The notes under the pieces are model-generated. The model searched no databases. It saw nothing but the letters and a program-made list of their open reading frames with translations, and was not told where the DNA came from. A program made the translations under genes and the position numbers. Positions 1 to 12,950 of a DNA stretch of 64,000 nt are shown one piece after another. Within the stretch, counting starts at the first letter, position 1. Every line of letters begins with the position of its first letter. The stretch spans positions 29,078,001 through 29,142,000 of the forward strand of contig NC_043018.1 in assembly GCF_006345805.1 (NCBI RefSeq), read 5' to 3'. This stretch comes from Octopus sinensis (taxonomy: Eukaryota).

Positions 1-83
1 CCATTATGTGTGAGGACCCATACTTTATGTTTGTATTTGTATTGTACCATTTCAACCTTCTCCCTGGTGGTAAATAAGAGAAA

Positions 84-143
<60 letters not shown>

Positions 144-401
144 TATTATTATTATTATTATTATTATCATTATTATTATTATTGTTGTTGTTGTACTCAT
201 ATGTACAGTATATTCTATTTAAACTTCTGTGCGACATATGTTTCTGCTGTATGGATATATCATAACGTTCTGTGTTAATTTGCAACCTGATGGTTCCTCT
301 GCAACCATATTTGATCCTGGTTAAAAACGCATCAGTCAGTTTTATTCGTGTAGTAGCCGCTAACAAAGTTTGAAACAAATATATATGTATGTGTGTGTGT
401 G

Positions 402-448
<47 letters not shown>

Positions 449-749
449 TGAGAGAGAGAATGAGAGTTGAAAGTGATGTACAGTTATTGTATATTGAGGA
501 AAAAGAGAATTTTGAATAATCTTTTAATAGCGCTTTCCTTCGTTTATCGAACTCGTCAAGATAAAATTATCTTTTTCTATCTATGAAGCAGATCCTGTTT
601 TTTTCTATTTAAAAGTGGAGAATATTGTTTCTTGTTTTTTTTCTGGAAAAAGGAGTGAGAGAGAGAGAGAAAAGCAAAGAGATAGAAATAGACATGAGAG
701 AGGTTTGAGGAGAATCAAGTAAGAGGAGAAAAAATAATGAGGGATAAAG

Positions 750-751
750 GA

Positions 752-850
<99 letters not shown>

Positions 851-968
851 AGACAGACAGAGAGGAGAGGGTTCTTTTCAATTCAATGCGGTCAATCCAT
901 TGAAGTTTCATTACAAAGCATTTTTCTTTCTTTCTTTCTTTCTTTTTTCTTCACACTGTATACCTACC
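750..968 (+). repeat. Direct repeat of 1508-1695 ((GATA/GACA)n + 120-bp unique part, period 727)
   Basis: agagggttcttttcaattcaatg..cactgtatacctacc is present twice with 1 substitution. Confidence 0.85.
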
Positions 969-1415
969 AACATATTTGTAGATAAACTTATTTTCTCACA
1001 AGGGCTGGTGACCTTTCACAGATGTCAATTTTAGGAAGTAGATTCCGCACGGTTTCCGTCTACCGAATTCACTCATTAGGAATCTCTCAACCCGGAGCTA
1101 CTGTAGATGCCTTGTCTAGAGTACCACACAGTGGGACTGAAACCGAAACTAAGTGGTTACAAAGCAAGTTTCTTTATTAGACAGCCATGCGTTTGATTAT
1201 GTATGTTGCAAAATACTAGTAGGAAAATGAATCGATGCGGCGAACGTTTTCCTGAGAATCAGTTTATATGTAAATAAGTATGTGTCCGTATTTGTAGCTG
1301 CGTTGGAATTCATTTCTTAATAGATATTGTGGATGTAAATAGACATACATATTTAAACACACACACGCATATATATATACAGAGAGAGGCAGACATAAAT
1401 ACATACATATATATG

Positions 1416-1487
<72 letters not shown>

Positions 1488-1505
1488 TAAGAAAAATATT
1501 ATTAT

Positions 1506-1577
<72 letters not shown>

Positions 1578-1692
1578 AGACAGACAGAGAGGAGAGGGTT
1601 CTTTTCAATTCAATGTGGTCAATCCATTGAAGTTTCATTACAAAGCATTTTTCTTTCTTTCTTTCTTTCTTTTTTCTTCACACTGTATACCT

Positions 1693-2331
1693 ACCGCGGT
1701 ACGAGTTGTTAAAGTTATCGGTAAACGTTTTTGATTTTCACTCTCGATAAATTCATCCCCTTTTTGTGTTCCCAGCACACGGCATCTTTATTTAGGAGCC
1801 CTTAATTGTATAACTACATGAATAATATTTTTCTATATGAATAATATTTTTGTCTTATGACTAATTCGTCTTTTGTGCTGGGCACCTGGTAGTAAATAAT
1901 ATTACTACCCTTTTTGTTTATATTCGCATACTACATGATGGATTTATTCGTAAAATTCTTCCCGGCATGCCCGTGTAAATTTTGCGTCTGCGCAGAGATT
2001 TGAAAAGTTAAGATCTGCTAGTAGTCGGGTTCAACACATAGTCCCACATCGCTGCAGACCTCGATTAAATTTAGGCGACTCGCTGATGAAGCTGGCCTTA
2101 GCAAACATATTCTGTGTTTTGCTAGAAAGAAGCAGAAACCGCGGTACGAGTTGTTAAAGTTATCGGTAAACGTTTTTGATTTTCACTCTCGATAAATTCA
2201 TCCCCTTTTTGTGTTCCCAGCACTCGGCATCTTTATTTAGGAGCCCTTAATTGTATAACTACATGAATAATATTTTTCTATATGAATAATATTTTTGTCT
2301 TATGACTGATTCGTCTTTTGTGCTGGGCACC
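1693..2331 (+). mobile_element. ORF-less HHR-bearing element with 194-bp terminal direct repeats (unit 445 bp); retrozyme or PLE pseudo-LTR-like
   Basis: 1693-1886 matches 2138-2331 with 2 mismatches. An HHR spans the junction into the second repeat. Confidence 0.7.
2076..2153 (+). ncRNA. Type-I hammerhead ribozyme motif
   Basis: CGACUCG-CUGAUGA-A-GCU...AGC-A-GAAA-C[CGCG]G-UA^CGAGUUG. Stem I has 7 bp (one G-U). Stem II carries an inner hairpin UAGCAAA/UUUGCUA. Stem III is the palindrome ACCGCGGU. The stem II base is an A-A mismatch. Confidence 0.75.
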
Positions 2332-2342
2332 CTTCTTGTTAT

Positions 2343-2415
<73 letters not shown>

Positions 2416-4005
2416 AATATATATATATTATATTAAATTAGAGACAAAACCACTATTATGCAAATCAAACAATGAAAAACTTAAGCCAATACATATGATT
2501 AATTTATATTATTTAAATATGTAACAAAATTATTAAAAAAATATAATTAAAGGTGGTTTAAATATCTAAAATATAATCAATATTTTTAAGATATAAATAA
2601 TATATATAATATAATAATTTTACTTATAATAAACTCTATTATTAAATATGATTATATCGAAATCGACTATAATGTTAAATATTAACTTTAATTTATAAGG
2701 TAGAAAACCCATATTCTAATATCAATATTAGTCTATATCTAATTACATAAATATTTTAAATGACTAATATATATAAATTATCAATGAAAATATATATATT
2801 ATAATCAAGATCTAAAATAATCTCTATAAATAATTGTATATAATGAAAACCTAATAAATTTAATTTTTCATATTTAAAGATGAAATAGCTAATTTCAAAA
2901 TACAAATAAACTAACTTAAACTGACTTTAAAAATCATATGTAAAATACTTATAGAAATATTCAATTCTTAGTAATATAGTATTAAATAAATACTATAAGT
3001 ACTATAAACATAATTATGAATGGGAATAATTATCTAATATAAATTATGCTATTAAATTAGACATGGCCTAGACCAATCTTTAGTCGAAACATATCTAATT
3101 TTATCAAAGTTTATCTAATTTATTTAATATCTAATAACATAGAAAATTACGATAATTAGATCATTACATAAACAACAATATTTACATAAGGAGAATATTA
3201 TTACTCCAAAGGCTTATACAATATTAAAAATTTACAATTTGAAGATCTTAAAAAGATACATACTTTTCTTGGAGAGGTTTAAACAATGAACTAGAATTTT
3301 GAATCAAAAAACGTCTTATACAGCGTTTATAAGAATACTCATGGAATTACGTTATTAGCAAAAAAATAGAATAAATTGTTGAAAATTCTTTAAGCGTGAG
3401 GAACCTACGTTTATTAAAGATTATGAATGGAAAATTATATGTTTATCATTGTAAAAAGAATGAATTCACAAATAAAGAATAAAATCTCTCTATACTATAA
3501 TATTTATTAATAAAATAACTATGATAAATGAAACTTAATACAAAATAAATTAAATGATTAAAAACCACTTATTATTAAATATATTTTAAAAATCTAATAA
3601 GATTAATAAATACATAAAAATAAATTTATATAGTAACCTCACTACATATTATAAATTATTTCCCATACCCTTATAAGCTAAAATTAGTGATCATAACAAA
3701 TCTATATATACTAATCAAAATTTGTAGTATAACTATACATACGTATACATAAATATATATGAAAATATCCATACATATACATATATATATATATACACAT
3801 ATACACATATACATACATATACATATACATACACATATACACATACATACTCACATACATTCATATACATATATACACACATATATACACACTCACTTAC
3901 ACCCATACACATATGCACACTCATACATACATGTACATACATAAAATACTCAATATATACACTTACACCAATATATACACACCCACACACATACAAATAA
4001 ATAAA

Positions 4006-4046
<41 letters not shown>

Positions 4047-4587
4047 ATACACACACATCATCAAATACACATATATACAAACACACACATCCACATATAT
4101 TATAAATAAATAGATATATAAATGCATATAATCATACTACAATACATAATAGAGGTAAATATTAAGTTAAATCTAAAACATTAATCTACTAATCTATACT
4201 TCTATATTAAATAAAATGGATTATGTAAACAACTAAATAAAACTATTTCAAATATAAAGAGATTACATACAAATAGATTAATATAACAAAATTATAATTT
4301 AACGAAATTATAATAGAAATATAACAAATATTTTACAAAATTTATAAAATAAATAAAATTGTAACTTACCAGACTCAATATTCAATAAACCATTAAATAT
4401 TTATTATTCAGTAATAAAATATTTATTAATACAATGAAAAACCATCTATAATCTAACTATAATTAAAAACAGAACATAAATAACTAAAATAAACTATTAT
4501 AATATGTACTACAAATCACTTGGTATATTTATAATACTAATACATAAAACAATAAATAGGGAGCTAATTAAGGCTAATAAATAGTTA

Positions 4588-6585
4588 TTATTTATCAAGA
4601 AACTTATTATATAAGTAAAGTAACTTGTGTCTGCATTTTATTTTGCGCTCATCACAGGTATTCAGTAAATTATCATGCTTATAAAATAAAATTTCCTTAA
4701 ACTCAGAGCACAAATAACAAAAATTCGCTCCTATAGTATATGATTTAGTTTTACTAATTATTTCCCAAGATAAATTATAATTAATATTTTGGGATTTAAG
4801 TCTCCAAATGTACTTGCTAAGTCCAGTGGAGTTAATCAAGTTTTTATTTTTAAATTAATTCAAATGTTGTACGATTCTTAATTTTATTTTAGAGGAAGTG
4901 AACCCTATATATATCGTTATTATTCTTAATATTCTTATCATGTAATGTAACTATACATTTATACACTACATCATTAGTATCACATTTATTATTTAATTTA
5001 CATTTAGATTTATCTCTACATGTACAGTTAATTAGTGTCTTGTCTTTATTATTGGTATTATTAAATAATTTATTTTTATAATAATTATTCAGTTTAAATT
5101 TGTTAAAAGAAGAAATAATGTTACCTACACTATAAGTGGTGGAATAACCTACTCCAAAATTATTAGTAGAGAAAATGTTTTTATATTTACGATTATCTCG
5201 AATAAATAGTTCAATAATATCTAAAATCTCTTTAATAATGTTCGTTTTAACTTGAGCACCATAAGGAACTATTAACCAAATTTTATTCTTATTTTCCATC
5301 TTATTATTAAAACTGTCATTATTATTGTTGTAATTATATTTCTTTATCATATTAACATTATTATTATTATTATCAGATTTATATTTATAATCAACATTTA
5401 AAGAATTATTAAAGTTATTAATTTTATTTTTATTTTATTATTATTATTATTATTATTTTTATTTTTATTCTTATTTTTATTTATATTATTTTTATTTTTA
5501 TAATTTCTAATATTTTTACCACTATTACTAACAAAATTATTATAATTATTGTTAATACTTTTATCTCTAAAATTATTAGTTATATCTTTATCTTTATTTT
5601 TAATAAAAAATTTAATATTACTATTATAACCTGCCTCTCTAAGGGCCTCATTATAATAAGGAGCATGTTTATTAAAAATCTCTATATCATAAGAAAGTAA
5701 TGATATACGTTTACTTATATTATTAATCAACGATTTTTTAATTGATGGTGGGTGATTACTATTAACATTTATATATCTAAGGTTCTCATTAAATTTATGA
5801 TATGGTTGTGTTTTACCTGTAATTAGATTAAAATTAACATCTAAATAATTAACATTAAAATTTTCATTATATATAGTGATACTTAAACCATATCTTTTAA
5901 AGAAACTATAAAGTTTTTCTTATATACTTCTAGGTTCCTATTAGTGCAATTTTTAGTAATTAGTAGAAGGTCATCCCTATATAAACCACCCTCTATCTTT
6001 AAATTTTCTAATTGGAGTTCAGATAAAAGATAAATACCTACTAAATCCATAGCTTGTGCAGAATCAGGTGCTCCCATAGGTATATCAAAAAAATCCCTAG
6101 TATCTTTCCTGGCCCATAATTTATTTTTATATTTAATGAGCGATTTCCTAGCCATTTTAATTACATTAACTTCTTCAAATGTCATTCCCACTTTATTCAT
6201 TGCAAAGATAAGGGCTTTATTAAACACAATTTCATTAATAGAAGAATACTAATTATCTATATCTATTTGAATAAATTTATAACGATCTTAATCTTTAATA
6301 TTATTAAACCAATTCAAAGTATTATTATTACTAAACCATAATTTTAAGTAATTAAGTTTATTTAATTTATTAATATATTTATCTAAAATAAGTTTACTTA
6401 ATTTACCAAGGTCAGATTTACATGGACAAATTAATCTAACTTTAGGGTCTGAATAAAAATTATCTTTATGGTCTTTCAGAGTAATTCTAGGGTGCATAAG
6501 GTTCAGTTTTATTATCCAATTCATAGTTTATCATTACTAATTTAGAGGCCTTATTAATATTATAAAGTTTACTATCTGGAACAAT
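4588..6585 (-). pseudogene. Penelope-like retroelement ORF (RT + thumb + Cys linker + C-terminal GIY-YIG endonuclease), 5'-truncated, with in-frame stops and frameshifts
   Basis: Joining the minus-strand ORF pieces gives ITLKDHKDNFYSDPKVRLICPCKSDLG, FIQIDIDN*YSSI (RT motif A), IPMGAPDSAQAMDLVGIYLL, GGLYRDDLL (catalytic YxDD), YLDVNF, SNHPPSIKK, linker CTCRDKSKC, VVYKC..YIG (GIY-YIG), TGLSKYIW, CYLC and KCRHK, then a stop at 4588. This motif order is typical of endonuclease-bearing PLEs. Confidence 0.9.
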
Positions 6586-6610
6586 ATATATATATTTATT
6601 TTATAGAAGG

Positions 6611-6661
6611 AGCTTCTACAGGACTAGTACTGTTTCATTCAAATGAAATCATCAGGAAGCT
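6611..6661 (-). ncRNA. Type-I hammerhead ribozyme motif in a putative PLE pseudo-LTR
   Basis: Minus strand reads AGCUUC-CUGAUGA-U/UUC[AUUU]GAA/U-GAAA-CAG[UACUAGUC]CUG-UA^GAAGCU. Stem I has 6 bp, stem III has 4 bp and the triplet is GUA. The base of stem II is a U-U mismatch. An AATAAA follows within ~15 nt. Confidence 0.75.
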
Positions 6662-6974
6662 GGCTGTCAAAATAAGGTCTGGTATTTATACCTTTAAGCA
6701 GATTTAATGGGGTGGTAGTGGGGGACGTTTTTGGGGTAAGCAGGGCGCAAACTATCGTTCTTAGGGGAGTGGTCAAAAGAATCAGTGATAAAGTAAATAA
6801 ATGAATAATTGAATAGAGTTTTAGGTAAATTAGAAGACTATTGCTTTTAGTCAGTTTGTTGTTGTTGTTATTAAGTTGAGGGAAGAAGTAGATAAATGAA
6901 AAACCATATAAAATAAATATACATACAAACCCACATACATACACACACACCATGCATATAAATACACAAGCACA

Positions 6975-7023
6975 TATATATACACATATACATACACATA
7001 CACATACATATACACACATATAC

Positions 7024-7070
<47 letters not shown>

Positions 7071-8180
7071 CATACAAATACACATACATGCAAACACGCA
7101 AACACACGCACACACACACATATATATTATATATATATATATATATACACATATATATACCCACATATACACACACACATATATATATTTTTTCTCCTCA
7201 TCTTCCTCCCTTATTTTATTTTTATTTCTATTTCCTTTTCTCTATTTATCCCTCCCCCCTACTCCAAACACATAGAGACACGCGCACACACACGCGCACA
7301 CACACACACACAAAAACACACACGTACACACAGAGACGCACACACACACCTCCATATTACAGTCATACAAAGTAGACGAAGTTCTTAGCTGACCGTCTTC
7401 AAAATCATAAGGGTTTAAGTTATGACCTGCCTACACACCGACACACATTCAGTGACGCTAGAATAGAGAAACGCCCACAGTTCCTAGAAAGATATATGCA
7501 TATGTATAAGTGGATGAGGAGGAAATGAGTGAGAGAACATGTGTGTATGTGTATGTGTATGAGTGTGCGTGTGAGTGTGTGTGTGAGTGTGTGAGTATGT
7601 GCCTTTATATCCATGTGTAACGAGATAGAAAGGAAGGGAAAGGGGAGTAGTAGAAGGATCCCCTTTGGCCGACTGGAATTCCAAGGGGAGTTCTAGGAAC
7701 TGTTGGCGTTTCTCTATTCTAGCGTCACTGAATGTGTGTCGGTGTGTAGGCATGTCATAAATTAAACCCTTATGATTTTGAAGACGGTCAGCTAAGAACT
7801 TCGTCTACTTTGTATGACGGTACTATGGAGGTGTGTGTGTGCGTCTCTGTGTGTACGTGTGTTTTTGTGTGGGGGGGCGTGTGTGTGCGCGTGTCTCTAT
7901 GTGTTTGGAGTAGGGGGGAGAGACAAATAGAGAAAAGGAAATAAAAATAAAAATAAAATAAGGGAGGAAGATGAGGAGAAAAAAAATATATATGTGTGTG
8001 TGTGTATATGTGGGTATATATATGTGTATATATATATATATATATGTGCGTGTGTTTGCGTGTTTGCATGTATGTGTATGTGTATTTGTATGTATGTATA
8101 TATATATATATATATATAATTATATATATATATGTATGTATGTGTGTGTATATGTATGTGTATGTATATGTGTATATATA
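6975..8180. repeat. Long inverted repeat, arms ~510 bp (6975-7489 / 7691-8180), 201-bp spacer
   Basis: For example, gtcatacaaagtagacgaagttcttagctgaccgtcttcaaaatcataaggg (~7362) is reverse-complemented at ~7767-7818. Confidence 0.9.
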
Positions 8181-8458
8181 TATGTACCTTACTGTGGTTA
8201 ACCCCGACTCAACCCGGGACCTACATATATATTTATATATATATATATATATACATGTACAATGTTTGCACCAAATATAATATATACTTGGTTACATTAT
8301 TACATTAATATATGTGTGTGCCTGTGCATGTGCGCGCACAAATATGTATATACATACACAGAAAAATGATTTTGTTTCAGGAAGGTGAGAAGATATACAC
8401 TGCATATATTTAATTATTTTATTTAATGTACTTTTAATATATATGTGTGTGTGAATGC

Positions 8459-8555
<97 letters not shown>

Positions 8556-8617
8556 TACATATATATGTATACATATATATATATATTATATAAATATATA
8601 TATATATATATATATAA

Positions 8618-8693
<76 letters not shown>

Positions 8694-8730
8694 GTATATA
8701 TCTTTGATGCTTTACGCAATACACGTTCCG

Positions 8731-8979
8731 TCATGCAACAGTGATGTTTCTTCTCCGATATCTCTTTGAAGATTTTGAAAATAACCCAGATGGTGCTGTA
8801 ATGTATTCATTTTTCTGATATTGATAACATCTAACAGAAGATGCTTCTTCTTCATTCACCTTTGGCGAATGCAGCTTTGACCAAAAGGGATTGATGTCAG
8901 ACGGTATCCAATGATCAATAGGTTTTTCTGACCCTAAACCGTAATAACGATCCCCCGTTGTTGGGTCAACTGAGGTGGC
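8731..8979 (-). CDS. Candidate terminal exon or chance ORF (82 codons), product unknown
   Basis: Stop-free, non-repetitive frame [39 protein letters not shown]...RNITVA* after an AG. The polypyrimidine tract is weak. Confidence 0.2.
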   Translation of the reverse strand, partial: ATSVDPTTGDRYYGLGSEKPIDHWIPSDINPFWSKLHSPKVNEEEASSVRCYQYQKNEYITAPSGLFSKSSKRYRRRNITVA

Positions 8980-10019
8980 CTAATCACTGCTTATCATCTC
9001 CTCCTGGATTCCTGTTCAACTCATCTCTCTCTCTCTCTTTTCTCTCTCTCTCCCTCTGTCTCTCTCTCTTTCTTTTCTCTCTCTCCCTCCCTCTCTCTCT
9101 CTCTCTCTCTTTCCTCCATAACCAACCAGAGAATATTTCTGCTCTTTTTGCATCCCTGCGCTCATCTATCTTTTACTCTTTTCCTGTTATTCCAACAGCT
9201 GTAAGTATTCTCCATACTAAACAGTGTTACCAATATATTCTTTCATCAGAATTCCTCAGAACAGAAGCTATTTTTCTAATATATATGATATCGATAATTG
9301 TCAAGGGAAAAATCATTCTAAGACCGTTTTCTGCTCATTTAACAGTTTGCCTTTCAAGTTCATTTTGCGTCGTATTTTTATTCGTACGTGCAGTTTCATT
9401 TTGTTATACTCTATGCGTTTTGTTGTCTCAATTTTCTTAACCATATATAAGTATATATCCTACCACACTGATTTAAAACATGGCTACCGACGGTAAGACC
9501 TATCATTAGTGAATTGTTAAGAAGAGATACCTGGAATCTTTTTGTTGGAATTTGGATTAAAATTTAGAATTTATCGAAACTATTATTTGAAATATCTACG
9601 TCGAGATACTATTTGTAAAATGTAAAAGATTGAATTTTTTCCTAAGAAAATATATAGAGAAAAAGCCTCTCCTATTGAGGTATATCCAATATCGTCTTTA
9701 TTGAGCTTAAATAACACCTGCAAGTAGTATGTTTTTTTTCCCATTTCTGAAAGGTTACATTTATAATGCATCTTCTTGTGGCAAAGATTTATCTTTCTGT
9801 CTTTGAAGTTCATGATATTTTATGAGAGGAATGGGGATTGTATTTATTCTTCTACTTAAATAAATGGCTGTTGTATGCATATAAACTGATATGTGTCCTT
9901 TCTACACCATCTGTTCATTTTTCGTCAGTAACTTTTATACTAACGTTTCAACAGATACGTTAATTTATTTTTGTGATAACATCAGTGTATTTACATTCAT
10001 GTTCAGTTCTCTATGGAAC

Positions 10020-10520
10020 AGTACCGTGAAAATTGACTGAAAATTAGATGTGATGACACTCTGAAGGGACCAGTGAGTGAAGACTTGCACCCCCTACAAT
10101 AATCTATGGTATTATAATCGGGAGAATTAGAAGATATTAAGGATGGTGAAGTCGTGGGAAATGTCTGAAAATCTCTTCTGACTCTTGGCAACAATATGGC
10201 AAAGTGTCGCATCCTGCTTCCACACACGATCACCCGGTAGCAACTCTTCATAGCCAGGGTTCGACCACTTTCTCCAGCAGCTTCATACCGCCGTCTGAAC
10301 TAAGCCTAAGGTCCGGTTCAAAGTTGCGAAACGGCATGACGTCACACTCAGCAAGTGCAAGCAAATTTCACCAGTTTGTGTGAAGTTGGTTTTCATGATG
10401 TACCTGTCACATCTTACAGCATTTCCAGTGTTCACAGAGCATTGAAAAGCGGTCATATCAGCATATTGATACGCAATCATATTGATCCCGGCACCTCTTT
10501 TTCAATATGCACATAGCGAA
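10020..10520 (-). pseudogene. Decayed IS630-Tc1-mariner transposase fragment (DD37D/maT-like)
   Basis: Minus-strand translation across stops and frameshifts gives DVMPF...LRLSSDGGMKLLEKVVEPWL*RVATG...WKQDAT.CH...NSPDYNTIDY. It is homologous to the 39270-40030 copy. Confidence 0.65.
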
Positions 10521-11040
10521 CTGACCTCCGCATGAGCTTACTTTTTCTCAACTACAGCTTAAATCTTCATGCTCTCCAACACCGTTGACTGTTCATAAAT
10601 ACATCTGTTTAGGATAAGCATCCTGTTTATGTATACACATGTAATATAAGAAGGTGGGGCCTCTATGTCTCTTTATTTTATCTGGTACGTGTAGCTGAAA
10701 TCATACCCAGTTTATTAAAAGACAATATAAAATAAGGATTCTGAGCAAAATCGGTTCGCTTTCTGTTGGAAAACAATTATTTTTATTGTGAAATACAATA
10801 TAGTATTGCTCAAAGATTTTTATCCGCAAAATATCCTTATGTATGTATATACAAACACACACACAAACACAAATGCGCGAACACACACTCACACACAAAA
10901 ACATACACAGACATATATATATACATATATAAATTTATAAATAAATAAGTAAACATATATATATATATATACAAATATGTATATATATAAATATGCATAT
11001 AAATTATATATAATATATATACGCGTATATATATATATAC

Positions 11041-11071
<31 letters not shown>

Positions 11072-11114
11072 CGTATATATATATGAATATATAAATAATA
11101 TATAGATATATATA

Positions 11115-11172
<58 letters not shown>

Positions 11173-11508
11173 ATATATATATATGAATTTATTAATATTA
11201 TATATAATATATATATGTATAATATATATATATATTAATATTATACATCATATATTATATATTTATGGGAGGAACGTGTATGCGCTATGTGTTTGTGGAT
11301 GTGTGTATATGTTTATGAGAGGAGTGTACAGGGGCTATGTATTAGTGTGTGGGGGTGGTGGGGGCTGTATTGCCGATAAATAGCTTTCTGCAATTGTATA
11401 AAGTGTTTCAGAAAAATAATTAAGGTTTTCCAACAGATACGATCCTTTCGGTTATGAACCATTATATATATATATATATATAAGTGTATATATATATATA
11501 TAATATAT

Positions 11509-11542
<34 letters not shown>

Positions 11543-11763
11543 CATACACACCCACACACATATATATAGAATATTAGATATATATATATATATATATGTA
11601 TATATAATATATATATATATATATGAGTGTGTGTGTATGCAGATATCTATATATATTCATAATACATATTTGAATACACACACATATATATATATAAACT
11701 TTTACTCTATTTTTCTCTATTTCAATAATTTTTCTATCTACCTGTATATATATATGTATATAT

Positions 11764-11810
<47 letters not shown>

Positions 11811-12183
11811 AAATATATATATATATATACATATATACATATGGAAAATAGATGTTTGGTGTATATATTTGTTTGAGAATACATATTACATATCAATATA
11901 ACTGCGTATATCTGTTGACTTAGCACGTTTCAAATTACAGTTTACCTGAGGTGTTTCTCGTTAATAATTGTCTTGGGAAAAATTCCATTAAGATGAGATA
12001 TAAATGTCGCAGTAGTTTTTGAATTGTCTTCAATCTGAAGATATCGGAAATATTCACTTAAAACTGGCTCCTTTTATATGGCTGAACATAAATTATATCG
12101 TCGTTATTATTTATGTATCAGCAATGTTTCAAAGAATGCCTACCTACCTACCTACCTACACACACATATACATATATACATAC

Positions 12184-12228
<45 letters not shown>

Positions 12229-12362
12229 TGTATATATATATATAGACATACATATGTATAAATATATATATGTATATATAACATATAGTATATATATATA
12301 CATATAATACACATACATATATAGATACATATACCTATATATATACATATATATATATATAC

Positions 12363-12433
<71 letters not shown>

Positions 12434-12689
12434 CAGACATGTGTTTGTGTGTGTGTAAAAAATTGGGATGAGAAGCATAACCCATTATGTTTTAAACTTC
12501 ATTAGCTTATGAAGTTTACTGTATAATGGTTTACTCCTTTGTCATCCCAATTTACTGTAATCGCTCTTCACTCGACTGACGCTTGGTACAGAACTATATG
12601 TAGATTCAATTCGAACATCGCAATGTCTAAGCGAAATATTAACACATGCACGCACACACACACACGCACACACATACGAATATATAGTC

Positions 12690-12900
12690 ATGTAACCACA
12701 AATGTGTTGGTGAGATTTTTTACCTTTTCCGCTCATCTTCCGTATTCCATTCTGACGAAATGCTATGCTCGAAACGTCAAAAGCCTTCACTTCTCTCCCA
12801 CACGTCCCGAGCGTAATTCCAATACAGTCTATGTGCACGATCTTCTATTGTTTTGTTATTGTTATTTCTAATGTTCGACTTGATTGTATATAGTCACTAA
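12690..12900 (+). mobile_element. Short PLE-derived repeat with a decayed minimal HHR (12749-12782)
   Basis: CUGACGA-A-AUGC[UAU]GCUC-GAAA-CG-UC^AAAAG. The downstream sequence is related to the 53320-53470, 56395 and 57500 copies. Confidence 0.45.
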
Positions 12901-12913
12901 CCCACAAGAATAA

Positions 12914-12948
<35 letters not shown>

Positions 12949-12950
<2 letters not shown>

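Noticed and set aside
238-330. Short hydrophobic ORF MFLLYGYIITFCVNLQPDGSSATIFDPG resembling a signal-peptide exon
   Set aside because: It has only 28 codons and a weak donor (GTTAAA), with no supporting context.
2430-3720. Possible highly decayed plus-strand LINE RT C-terminal region (IFKDE, AIKLD..L*SKHI, SLSVRNLRLLKIMNG)
   Set aside because: The motif resemblance is faint and stop-riddled in very AT-rich DNA. It needs a profile-HMM search before it can be called.
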